From positions 2,752,001 to 2,816,000 of the forward strand of contig CP147778.1 of assembly GCA_037305845.1 (NCBI GenBank): 64,000 bases of DNA, in the 5' to 3' direction. Origin of the DNA: Candidatus Freyarchaeum deiterrae (lineage in GTDB: Archaea; Asgardarchaeota; Jordiarchaeia; Jordiarchaeales; Jordiarchaeaceae). Positions 1 to 9,398 of this stretch are shown here, one piece after another. Within the stretch, counting starts at the first letter, position 1. Each line of letters begins with the position of its first letter. A model generated the notes under the pieces. It had not been told where the DNA came from. It ran no database searches and was given only the letters and a program-made list of their open reading frames with translations. The translations under genes and the position numbers were made by a program.

Positions 1-874
1 TGCAGTTTTCAACTAACTTCTTAAAATCAGAATATCCCTCTTTCTCTGAGCTTTTTTCAAAAATTTTAAATTGTTCCGCCTTGTATTTTTCCGCCTCATC
101 TCTTAATTGTTCCATCTCAATATTTATACTGTTCAGTGTTTCCTCATTTGCTTCCTCAAGATTTAGTTTTTCTGAAGCAGACTCAAGAAGTTTCAAACCC
201 TTTTCCGAGTTTATTCGTATTAGTGTTCTCGTTTTACCATTTGCTTCAATAACTCGGAAAGAAATATCCGAAATGTTAGGTTTTCGTTCGGTACATCTTT
301 TACAACTTTCCTCTAAATCCAGCGTTTCCCCCAAATTATAACTCTTGTTTTCCCCCCCAATAATAATGCTGTATTTGTTACCCTTTATTATTTCATGATC
401 TACATTACTGGCGTCTACTTGCTCTTCATCTAGGGTCTTCTTAACCTTTTTTGGTGAAATTTTTCCAAGGCATTCCTCACCCAAAATTATTAGGTCATCT
501 AAGTTTACTTGTCTCCTTTTCGCTAGCTCCACCAAAGCTCTTACGTCACACGGTTTTGCGACTATAGCTATCTTTCCAGCCCCTTTCAAATTCTGTTGCA
601 GATATTTGGGTATATTACTCGCACCAGAAACATAGTATGCGCTAAATTGAGAAAGAGGCAGAGCGTCTATCTGATCAGGCTGCTCGATAACTACTGGACT
701 GAGATCATATCTGCTCTTTTTTTCTTGAAAAGATAATACCTTATCCACATACTTATTTTCTAGAGCAGCTTTGAGAATCGTTTGGATGGCTCCTCCGCCA
801 TAACTTTTGGATAGATTGCTATCTTTGCTGCTTGCTAGTACAAAGTCACCTGTTCTCAAGATAAATGCTTCCAT
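1..874 (-). CDS. fdhB: F420-dependent formate dehydrogenase beta subunit / FrhB-FdhB family protein (partial, runs off window start)
   Basis: Not in the ORF track. Manual translation from ATG 874 gives MEAFILRTGDFVLASSKD..YGGGAIQTILKAALENKYVD..IAIVAKPCDVRALVELAKRRQVNLDDLIILGEECLG, which has the FdhB/FrhB motifs GGxxT, KPCD and GxxC. Confidence 0.8.
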   Translation of the reverse strand, partial: MEAFILRTGDFVLASSKDSNLSKSYGGGAIQTILKAALENKYVDKVLSFQEKKSRYDLSPVVIEQPDQIDALPLSQFSAYYVSGASNIPKYLQQNLKGAGKIAIVAKPCDVRALVELAKRRQVNLDDLIILGEECLGKISPKKVKKTLDEEQVDASNVDHEIIKGNKYSIIIGGENKSYNLGETLDLEESCKRCTERKPNISDISFRVIEANGKTRTLIRINSEKGLKLLESASEKLNLEEANEETLNSINIEMEQLRDEAEKYKAEQFKIFEKSSEKEGYSDFKKLVENC

Positions 875-977
875 TAAATTTTTTTAACTGCAGTTAAACA
901 TACTTTTAAATTTCTCTCGCCTACCGAGAGTAGTCTCGTCATATTTTAAAGTTTACCTAATGAAGGTTACTCTACTC

Positions 978-1259
978 CTATTCTTGCTTCTCTTCGAGGG
1001 TGGGTTGCAGTTCTGGAATTTTTTTCCATTAATTACCTGGTTGTATCAGTGAATGGTTTACCTTCCGTTGAGGAACAGTAATAACTTTGCTGGTGTTCCT
1101 CGCTTAATCCTGCGGCTCGTAATACCTGTTTTAGATATGTAATCTGTTCAGTTGCAGTCATGTTCCCAATTTCCTAGTTACACTCTTCTAAACATCAACC
1201 TATTAGAAGTACTCCATCTACATCCTTCATAAAACTCTTAGTACATAATCAGTATGAAC
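978..1259 (-). pseudogene. mvhD: Decayed MvhD/VhuD (hydrogenase delta, 2Fe-2S) gene fragment with UGA at a Cys/Sec ligand position
   Basis: Manual translation: VHTDYVLR/(frameshift)FMKDVDGVLLIG[TGA]CLEECN[TAG]EIGNMTATEQITYLKQVLRAAGLSEEHQQSYYCSSTEGKPFTDTTR[TAA]LMEK/(frameshift)IPELQP. This follows the MvhD pattern VLxAFxxGxDGVxxxGCxxxxCHYxxGN..S.xEG..F. The N-terminus is missing. Confidence 0.75.
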
Positions 1260-1425
1260 AAAATTTTTTGAGAAATATAATTTTTTCGCAAGTTTAAGAA
1301 ACGAAAAAATACTATTTAAATTTGGTATAACGCTGAGTATGTGATTATATTTAATATTTTCATAAAACTGCCCTGTTATAATAAATATTTAGTATATTAT
1401 TAGAATAATTCTATGTTCAGTCTCT

Positions 1426-2265
1426 TTATTTTACACAATTTTTACAAATTTCTAATTCAAATATTCCCTCTCGAATATTTTTCCTAACTTTTTTATAATA
1501 AGGCTTTTTCCAAATTTGAATTAAAGATTCGTTATTTAGGTTTCCAAAAATAACTGAACTCAAATAATCATTACAGCACAAGACTACGTTGCCGAGGTGA
1601 TCAACACTCACCACATCTGAGGGATCTCTGCATTTTTCAAATCTTATCTTCACATCTGGTTCCACAAGACCTCCCCTATTGAAAAGGGGGGTTTCAGGCG
1701 TGATTTTAAAAACAGCGATTTTTTGCTTTAATTGAGGTTTATCTTTCACGTAATCCATCAACTGACTCATATTCTTCGACATGTTTTGTCCATGTATAGT
1801 TATCCAAAATAGGTCAACTCCAGAGTCAATCATTTTATAGAATAATTCAGTTGTTAATAGATCTCCATTAGAAAAAATTACAATATTTGATAAAGGTATT
1901 TTTTCTCTAACATACTTTACAAGATCAGGTAATCTTTTATCTAATAAAGGCTCTCCATAAAAGTGGGGGCTAACTCTTCCTACAAAATTTATACTCGCAA
2001 GCTCATCAATGATTTTCTTGAATAGAACTTCATCCATCAAATGTTTGCCTCTTTCATGAGTGAACTGTGGACAATAAACACATCTTCGATTACATTCGGT
2101 AGTTGTTTCTAATTCTATTATGGAAAAAAAATCTGTACTTCCTACAATAAGTAAATTTTTAAGGTAAACATAAAATTTCATAAAAAACGGCATCCAAAAC
2201 AATGGCATTATTCTTAGAGCTGTTCTTTGGGTAATTTCAAGTAGTTGAATTAATTTTTCCTTCAT
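1426..2265 (-). CDS. Radical SAM protein with C-terminal SPASM/twitch domain
   Basis: CNRRCVYC (CxxxCxxC), GEPLL, C-terminal C..CC.D...GN.....CxxC. The DNA is noticeably AT-rich. Confidence 0.88.
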   Translation of the reverse strand: MKEKLIQLLEITQRTALRIMPLFWMPFFMKFYVYLKNLLIVGSTDFFSIIELETTTECNRRCVYCPQFTHERGKHLMDEVLFKKIIDELASINFVGRVSPHFYGEPLLDKRLPDLVKYVREKIPLSNIVIFSNGDLLTTELFYKMIDSGVDLFWITIHGQNMSKNMSQLMDYVKDKPQLKQKIAVFKITPETPLFNRGGLVEPDVKIRFEKCRDPSDVVSVDHLGNVVLCCNDYLSSVIFGNLNNESLIQIWKKPYYKKVRKNIREGIFELEICKNCVK

Positions 2266-2380
2266 CTGAGAATCCCCAGGCTTTTATTGTTATGATACAG
2301 GTTCACCCATTTAATTATTAGAATCTCGCAATGCAAATAATGAAACTTTTTAATGGATGTACCATGAATTTTTTAATGTC

Positions 2381-3052
2381 TTATATTCTTTTTGGTTTCT
2401 TTAATTTTTCCATAATTTCTTCCCAAATTTCTGTGTGCTCTCCAGAAAAACAGAATTTATTTCTTTCTATTTCTATCACATCTTTTGACGGGCAACTGTT
2501 TATGCATGCTCCACAGAAAATACATTTTTCTTTATCAATTTCAATTTTGAATGGTTTCTCCCAGTTTTTTCTCTTCGGGATATTTAAAGCCCTAACCGGA
2601 CATATCTGCACACAGGTCGAACATCCTCCGGGACATTTTTCAGAGTGTATACTAATTTCTCCCTCAAAAAATTTGTATGCTTTCTTCCCTGTTGCCTCAC
2701 AATCAATCTCAGTTTTTTCAATTTTTGGGAGAGCTCCCTTCTCCTGAAGTATCAGTTTATGTTCGCCGTCTATGTTAAGTTCGATACATTCGAAGGGGCA
2801 AAGTATTTCACAGACACCACAGAAGGAACACTTTTCCTGATCTATCGCCATTGTGGGAACATTTGTTAAACTCTTTCGTGAGGCCCCAATGGGTCCACGT
2901 TCAATGGCTCCCGTTGGGCAGGCGGATAAACATATTCCACACCCAACGCACTTGCTTCGGTCAAGTGTCAGTTTAAGGTGTTTTGTCAACATTTTTAATT
3001 CAATTACTACTTTGTCTGGGTCTATGTTTTTTGAAAAAGCTGGAATCGCCAA
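2381..3052 (-). CDS. Polyferredoxin, FwdF-like (four 4Fe-4S motifs)
   Basis: CVGCGICLSACP, CSFCGVCEILCP, CPGGCSTCVQICP and CIFCGACINSCP. The start is more likely TTG 3052 than the ORF-track 3187. Confidence 0.82.
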   Translation of the reverse strand: MAIPAFSKNIDPDKVVIELKMLTKHLKLTLDRSKCVGCGICLSACPTGAIERGPIGASRKSLTNVPTMAIDQEKCSFCGVCEILCPFECIELNIDGEHKLILQEKGALPKIEKTEIDCEATGKKAYKFFEGEISIHSEKCPGGCSTCVQICPVRALNIPKRKNWEKPFKIEIDKEKCIFCGACINSCPSKDVIEIERNKFCFSGEHTEIWEEIMEKLKKPKRI

Positions 3053-3281
3053 ACTAAACACCCTGATTACATTTCTGAAGCTGTGCAATACATAAAAATA
3101 TAATACCTTTAAAACTATCGAACCTAAAACTACCAGAAATTTTTTATAATCAAGCCCTAATCGTAAAATAGCGAATAATAAAATCAATATAATAAAATTA
3201 CCATGAGGTGGATTCTCACCTAAACATAAAATTTGGGGACAAAAAGAGATTAATGAACTTATTCTTAAATGAGGTGTTTAA

Positions 3282-3941
3282 ATGGGTTATGATTCAAATT
3301 CCCCGAAACTAGGAACCCCAACTAAAAGTAAAAAGTTAACAAAGATAACAAAAGAAGAGAGTACTAACTCCAGTTCTGTTTCCGAGCAACTGGAGTACGT
3401 ATTCGGTCAATCTCTAGGGAATATTTTTAATGAACTGGCAACCAAAATCAAGCTGGTTGAAATTAAAGTCAAGTCTCCTATGCGTAAACACTTTATGGGA
3501 GAAGAGGTCAATGGAGTGTGGGTGCCTCGCTTTCCAGTGAAGATGTACAAGCGCGCTGAGCTGGTTTTTCAACTTAATAATTTAAATGAGACCTATGAAT
3601 TCATAAAAACTATTAGAGAAGAGAATAAAAAAATCAAAGATGAACAAAAATCACTTGAACCTTACAATACCTTTGAGGGCGGATACGCAATAACCGCAAT
3701 GGCGGTGCTATTTGACGACCCTTATAAAACATTTCTCTACATCAATTTCAATCCTGAAAAGAAATCTTACTTTGTAACCTACCTGTGCGAAAAGTTTCCA
3801 TCCGAAGGAGTTCCACCCTTGCAAATAGAAATGGAAAAAAGATTCAGAAAAGCGGGTTACACCAAAATAGATGACCGAGACGAAATTGTTAAGCGAGTAA
3901 AAATGTACTTACCCGATGAAACATTCATCTACTTCCAGTAG
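3282..3941 (+). CDS. Hypothetical protein
   Basis: 219-aa ORF with GAGGTG RBS and normal codon usage; no motif recognised. Confidence 0.7.
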   Translation: MGYDSNSPKLGTPTKSKKLTKITKEESTNSSSVSEQLEYVFGQSLGNIFNELATKIKLVEIKVKSPMRKHFMGEEVNGVWVPRFPVKMYKRAELVFQLNNLNETYEFIKTIREENKKIKDEQKSLEPYNTFEGGYAITAMAVLFDDPYKTFLYINFNPEKKSYFVTYLCEKFPSEGVPPLQIEMEKRFRKAGYTKIDDRDEIVKRVKMYLPDETFIYFQ

Positions 3942-4092
3942 CGTCCAAAATAATCATTCGCACAAAACTCAATCCTAAATCAAAAGATTGCAAAAAGATT
4001 ACATCTTTTTATATTAGACCTCGCCTTAGATTATATTTAAATTCTCAATTTAATATTATAAGATATAGTGTGGTTCGGGAGTGTGAGGTTTT

Positions 4093-6066
4093 CTGTCTGA
4101 TTTTAGGACTGAAAGCGATTATTTATCGTTAATTAAGCCTGTAAAGTGGAGTCTGCGTGAAAGAGCAACTCGGGTTTTTACGTATCCTTTTAATCCCCCG
4201 TCTGCTAGGACTTTGGCCCTGACGGGATTATTATTAAGCCTAGTGATGGGCATGCTTTCGTATGCTCCTAGGCGGGAATTGGACTTAATCGATATAATAG
4301 TCTACGGAATCGAAGTTGGTGTTTTAGTGTTCGCCTTTCCGATGCTGGTCTCTTCCTTTTTGCTGTATGCTGTGGGAAAAATTAAGAGCCCAATATTTTC
4401 ATTATCCAGATCCGTGGCCTTTTCTTTAATTTTTGTTGCCGTATGGGAATTTTTCTTTTTCATAGGATCATTTGCTTACGCTTTTTTCGGTATATCCGAA
4501 ATTTTCATAATAGTAACCCTCTTTGGAGCAGCATTCATTTATGCGCTCTGCTTAGTAATCTTAATCACTATTTCCACATTCGGAAATCCACTCAGCATAC
4601 TGCTCTCAAGCATCCTCCCCCTCCTAGGTATAACCAGCTTCTCCCTAATTTTGGGCGGCTTAACAACCACTTATTTATTCCCCTTGTTAAGGGACTTCAT
4701 TATCGCAGCAATAATTCTTTCAGTTCCAAACTTTATCGCATTCCGCATAGTTGAAAAACCCATTAAAAGGAAACTGGGAGTCAGCGGTTATGACTTAATC
4801 CGCGGCTTTTTCTTGGAGTGGATTCTCAAAAACCCACGTAAAATTGAAAGCGTTACCGACCAATTTGGAGAGAAAGCAGACCTACCAGCGCTTCTAGTCG
4901 CTTTCAGATCCAAAAAGGATCAAAAATTGAAGGGAGTAATTTTTTCCTCCTTCATACATTACGGGCCCTTCAAGGAAACCGGTTCATCGGTTCTACCGCG
5001 TTTACTTGCGCAAAAAATCGAAGAAACAAATAGCACTATTCTTTCCGTAACTCACGGAGCATGCACCCATGGTCAGAACCTTTGCAGCATGAGAGAAACT
5101 CAGAAAGCAATTAAACAAACTATTCAAAAACTGAAGCAAATCAAATTCGACAATGCAGCTACACCGTTTATCCGAGTTCAAGAGAAGGAATTTAAAATAC
5201 TCTCCGCAGTTTTGGGAGACACCGTAATTATGATTTCAACCAGATCCCCGGAGATAACTGACGACATCAATTTGGAAGTAGGCTTGTCTGTCTTGGAGAG
5301 GGCGCACGAGGCGATGGAAAAGAATGGTTTCGAAACTAAAAGGGCATTTCTTATAGATTCCCATAACTGCATTCTAGACTCTGAAGTCCTAGTTGAACCG
5401 AACACTCCAGCTGCAGAGAATCTTCTAAAAGCCACCGAGAAATCAATCCAAAAAATGTCTACAACAATTAACACCCCAAAAATAAGATATGGCGTATCAA
5501 GAACAAAATTTTCAGATATTTACCGCGATTACGGATTGGGAGAACTAGGAATAACAGTTAACATTATTGAAACTTCATGGTCGGATGGCACGAAACGCGG
5601 CATTCCCAAAAGACGCGAAGACAAGTGTTGGAAACAGAGAACCGCCCTAGTTGTCATTGATGGAAACAACATGATAATAGGACTCAGAGATAAAATAATT
5701 AATCGTCTCCTAGACGAAAAACTCGTGGACGAAGCTGAGATTCTAACCTCTGACACACACACGGTGAATGCTTCTTCTATCCAACAACCTGACTATTATC
5801 CCGTAGGCAGAGTAATAAATCACGAAGATTTAATCGAAGAAGTAGTAAAAAACACGAAAAGAGCCCTCGAAGATTTGGAAGAAGTAGAAATTGGAACAAA
5901 AGTCTTTAAAATAAACCGCCTGAAAATTTGGACCAATGAAAAGTTATACAAGTTTTTTGAAGGGATTGAAGAAACGATAAACACACTGAAAAAAATTATT
6001 CCACCATTTTTTGTCAGCGGAGTCTCCTTAGCCTTACTCTCACTAGTACTCTCAATAGGAGTTTAA
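4093..6066 (+). CDS. DUF2070 family membrane protein
   Basis: N-terminal TM helices, then HYGPF, HGACTH, DSHN, DGNNM and TSDTH motifs. The frame is open back to CTG 4093, which has a GTGAGGT RBS. Confidence 0.82.
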   Translation: MSDFRTESDYLSLIKPVKWSLRERATRVFTYPFNPPSARTLALTGLLLSLVMGMLSYAPRRELDLIDIIVYGIEVGVLVFAFPMLVSSFLLYAVGKIKSPIFSLSRSVAFSLIFVAVWEFFFFIGSFAYAFFGISEIFIIVTLFGAAFIYALCLVILITISTFGNPLSILLSSILPLLGITSFSLILGGLTTTYLFPLLRDFIIAAIILSVPNFIAFRIVEKPIKRKLGVSGYDLIRGFFLEWILKNPRKIESVTDQFGEKADLPALLVAFRSKKDQKLKGVIFSSFIHYGPFKETGSSVLPRLLAQKIEETNSTILSVTHGACTHGQNLCSMRETQKAIKQTIQKLKQIKFDNAATPFIRVQEKEFKILSAVLGDTVIMISTRSPEITDDINLEVGLSVLERAHEAMEKNGFETKRAFLIDSHNCILDSEVLVEPNTPAAENLLKATEKSIQKMSTTINTPKIRYGVSRTKFSDIYRDYGLGELGITVNIIETSWSDGTKRGIPKRREDKCWKQRTALVVIDGNNMIIGLRDKIINRLLDEKLVDEAEILTSDTHTVNASSIQQPDYYPVGRVINHEDLIEEVVKNTKRALEDLEEVEIGTKVFKINRLKIWTNEKLYKFFEGIEETINTLKKIIPPFFVSGVSLALLSLVLSIGV

Positions 6067-6081
6067 AAAACTTAAATTTAT

Positions 6082-6909
6082 GTGATAATTTTGTCAAACA
6101 CTAGAAATACCGAATTTGAAAAAGATTATAGAAAAGCCTGGCAACTAGCGGTGGAAGCCATCCGCTTAGAGGAGCAAGACCAATTCGAATACGCCAGCAA
6201 GAATTACACTATGTCAGCAGAAATACTCAACAAATTACTGGAAAACCCACTGAAACCAGAATTAAGTAGTCAAATCCGAAATAAATACTTCGAGTACCAA
6301 GAAAGAGCGGAACTGCTGAAGAGCATTTCCGAAAAACTGGGAAAAGAAAAAACCGCTAAAAAACCCGAGACAACATCAATAGTTCTACACGGACCAGAAA
6401 TTGGATTAAAAGTAATCGACATACTGAAACACGCAACTAATGAGATAATAATTATGAGCTACCTCTTATTCGACGTAAAAACCATAAGTGCTGAAAACAA
6501 AACCCACAGAATAGACCTTCTCGACACCATTATTCAGAAATCGAAAAACGGCGTAAAAATCAGAATAATCACCTCTCCCCCAGACGACCAACTAATAGGG
6601 AATAGCGCCGAAAAGCAGGGTAACTCCATAAAAAGGCTACTGACCGAGTCCCATATCCAAATTAAGCTTTGCAACTACGCTCACTCCAAATTCATAATCA
6701 CAGACAATTCAACCATTCTGCGTGGTTCCGCTAATCTCACTAGGAGTGGGTTGTCAGGTCAAGCCGATATAGCTGAAATAACCAACGATGAATACATTAT
6801 CAATTATTACTCCACACTCTTCAACGAACGTTGGAGAAACGTGCACAAAAGTTGCAGAGATTGCAACGAAAATGCATGCATTAAAGAGTACTCGATTTCC
6901 AAACATTAA
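6082..6909 (+). CDS. MIT domain + phospholipase D-like (HKD) domain fusion
   Basis: N-terminal A..LA..AI..E....F..A...Y...E.L......K..EY..RAE.LK is the MIT three-helix pattern. C-terminal HSKFIITD + GSANLT is the HxKxxxxD/GSxN motif. Confidence 0.8.
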   Translation: MIILSNTRNTEFEKDYRKAWQLAVEAIRLEEQDQFEYASKNYTMSAEILNKLLENPLKPELSSQIRNKYFEYQERAELLKSISEKLGKEKTAKKPETTSIVLHGPEIGLKVIDILKHATNEIIIMSYLLFDVKTISAENKTHRIDLLDTIIQKSKNGVKIRIITSPPDDQLIGNSAEKQGNSIKRLLTESHIQIKLCNYAHSKFIITDNSTILRGSANLTRSGLSGQADIAEITNDEYIINYYSTLFNERWRNVHKSCRDCNENACIKEYSISKH

Positions 6910-6963
6910 GAAAAGTCAAAACACCAAGATATTAAAGAAACAGAAAAAGTATACTCCACCAAT

Positions 6964-7722
6964 TTACAGAGCCAGTCGTCCACTTAGAATACTTTTAGCT
7001 ATCGAGAACGTTTCCCTAACCTCTTCAAAGGTGGCCACGCCAACAGCTGCCGAATCTATACCTTCACAGGAAAAAACATAATCCAAAGCCTCTCTGGGTT
7101 CAAGACGCCCGGCGGCTAAAGGCTTCATAGCTATAAATTTTTTCTCTCTTCTCAGAACCGTATCCATAACTTTTTCTTTTTTCCCCATAAGGTATCCGAG
7201 GGCGTTAAAGGGAAGTAAAACAACCTGAAAATCGAGTTTGCTTTCTAATAATTCGGGTAGGGTGCGATCCGGTTTATGGGTAGCCACACCGGGAATAAAC
7301 CCTGTATCTCTAATCTTTCCAAACCACGATTCTAATACCTTAAAGTTTAACCGGTCAGTTTCTTCGCCGTGAAGCAAAACAACTTTTGTGGGCAAGCTGC
7401 TCAGACAATCCAGTCCTTCCTCCGGTTTGTCGAAAGGTAGACCACCCACAATTACTAGTTCAACACCTGTCTCAACCTGAGCCTGTCTAACTGCCTCAGC
7501 AATTTCACGATAGGCAACAAGTTGAATCCCTCTCACTCCAACATTGATGGCTTCAATTACTAAATCTGTTATGTTGCGGGGATTCTCGAAAAATCGCTTA
7601 TAATACTGATAGGCCCGGACGCCGAACTGGCCGGCTCCTAGGAAAGGCGATGTTCCAAGGAGTATTCTGGGGATTCTTTCGCCCTCAACTTCAAAAGCTG
7701 GGAAGATTTCTTCAGTTTTCAC
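6964..7722 (-). CDS. Aldo/keto reductase-like TIM-barrel protein
   Basis: PRILLGTSPF, GVATH, LLPFNALG and IAMKPLAAG motifs. Likely start is GTG 7722. Confidence 0.72.
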   Translation of the reverse strand: MKTEEIFPAFEVEGERIPRILLGTSPFLGAGQFGVRAYQYYKRFFENPRNITDLVIEAINVGVRGIQLVAYREIAEAVRQAQVETGVELVIVGGLPFDKPEEGLDCLSSLPTKVVLLHGEETDRLNFKVLESWFGKIRDTGFIPGVATHKPDRTLPELLESKLDFQVVLLPFNALGYLMGKKEKVMDTVLRREKKFIAMKPLAAGRLEPREALDYVFSCEGIDSAAVGVATFEEVRETFSIAKSILSGRLAL

Positions 7723-7741
7723 TTCAGAACCTCTGAGTTTT

Positions 7742-8344
7742 TCAGGTGTACCTCTTGATTTCCACAATCATGTATTCCGAAACCAGTCTGCGTATCTCCG
7801 GCTTGAAAACATTGGGCACGATTTTCAGCCTGTCAACCAATCTGTCTACTATCGCATCAGTGGCTTCGACCTCGTTGAATATTTCAACTCCGAGAATGGT
7901 TCTTACCGTCAACTCTTCTACTGTTTGACGTACAACTGATGTTATTACGGAGTTTATGACTCCTTCCGGGTCAATATAATACGGGAAATGGCGGTAATCG
8001 TATATCCTTATAAATCCCAGTTTTTCTGACAGGTTCTCGGAGTACCACTCAAGCGAAGCGGGTTTGATTCCAATTTGATCTGCAAATTCCTGTTTGGAGG
8101 TGTGGTTAGCAAAAGAGAAGGGATTCCTACTCACCAGGTATATTGCTGCGGCGAACATGGCGTCTTCTTCTTTGGGTAATTTCGCAACTTTAAGGTACCT
8201 GTTGATCAAAGCGATGGCTCCAAAAGCCAGGGCGTCTCTGAAATCTTTTTTGACATAAAACTTGTAAGCCTCTTTCACGAGCCTTAGTTGTTCTGCTCCC
8301 TGAGCCGCAAGAAACTTTCCCTCCTGTGCGTCCCGGTAAACCAT
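7742..8344 (-). CDS. Cyclin/TFIIB-repeat fold protein
   Basis: AAAIYLVSR...SKQEFADQIGIKPASLEWYSENLSEKLG matches the TFB repeat pattern AAAxYxxxR..TQxEIAxxxGVxxxTxxxxYxxLxxxL. There is no Zn ribbon. Confidence 0.55.
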   Translation of the reverse strand: MVYRDAQEGKFLAAQGAEQLRLVKEAYKFYVKKDFRDALAFGAIALINRYLKVAKLPKEEDAMFAAAIYLVSRNPFSFANHTSKQEFADQIGIKPASLEWYSENLSEKLGFIRIYDYRHFPYYIDPEGVINSVITSVVRQTVEELTVRTILGVEIFNEVEATDAIVDRLVDRLKIVPNVFKPEIRRLVSEYMIVEIKRYT

Positions 8345-8610
8345 ATGGAATACCCCTTTTTTTTAAACCTTTTACATACTTATTATGCTAACTAGACATA
8401 AATCTTTCGAAAAGACACCAAAAACAAGAATGATAAATGTGATGATGGAATGAGTAAATATTGTATTTGTGACAAAAATTAAAGAAATTTTGCACTTTTC
8501 GAGTCTTAAACAGTCTAGGGTTAAACGAAGTAGGACAATTCTTAACCAGTAATAATACGTATTAAGCTGAAAAAGTTGGGTGCGAGTTTTAACCCTCTTC
8601 TGAAGGCTTG

Positions 8611-9135
8611 TTATCCTTGTTGATGGATTTTTTCAAAAGTCCAACGTACAGTGTTTTTTAGTTCATCGATTCTCTTTTGGTCACCGTAATTTTTTATTAC
8701 TATCTCTTGCAGAATATCCTCAGGTGCTTTGACTTTGAACTTGAAAACCTCTTTCTCGGTGAGCTGCTTATTCTTGACCAGTTCCTCGTCGGCTGCCACC
8801 ATTCCCGACAAAATCTTTCCAATTAGAAACGATGTGAAGGCGGGAGCTTTGACACTAAACTCAAAATCTAGATTCGGTTTGATTGAAATCGTATCTTTGG
8901 ATATAAGCATCTCCCCTAGCAACACGCCGTCCTTGGAAACAATTTGAAAAACCTCTTCCTCTCCCTCCTTTTTCTCCGTTTCCTCAACAACTTCAGCCGC
9001 CGTCTTGAAGCTCTCCTGCGCCAAAATTTCATCAATTGCTTTCAGAAACCTCTTTAAACGCTCAAGCTCGTCCTTTCTTCTCTCAATCTTTTCCTCAAGA
9101 TAGGCTTTCAGGTCAGCAAGACTTTCAACATCCAT
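8611..9135 (-). CDS. Conserved archaeal hypothetical protein with N-terminal coiled coil
   Basis: 174 aa, heptad-rich N-terminus, RBS present. Confidence 0.7.
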   Translation of the reverse strand: MDVESLADLKAYLEEKIERRKDELERLKRFLKAIDEILAQESFKTAAEVVEETEKKEGEEEVFQIVSKDGVLLGEMLISKDTISIKPNLDFEFSVKAPAFTSFLIGKILSGMVAADEELVKNKQLTEKEVFKFKVKAPEDILQEIVIKNYGDQKRIDELKNTVRWTFEKIHQQG

Positions 9136-9398
9136 TTCACATAACCTCTATAACAGTCCTAAGGATTATAAGAAATACTTCACTCCTAATAAATAATACT
9201 AATAATTCAAGCAATTACTTATTTATGTTTCCAGCAAAAAATAAAAACCTGTTCTCAAAATTAGAACGGAACTCTGAAAAATCTAATAATTATCCCTACG
9301 CTAAACCGATAAAAACGTTAATTATTAAGTAGACCCTCTAAAATACAGATGTGTAAGTTTGGAATATGGAAAAAACAGAACATTTTGGAGGAAGATAG

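Noticed and set aside
1174-1176. In-frame TAG as pyrrolysine in mvhD
   Set aside because: It aligns with the conserved Tyr of CHY, and the gene has other lesions, so simple decay explains it.
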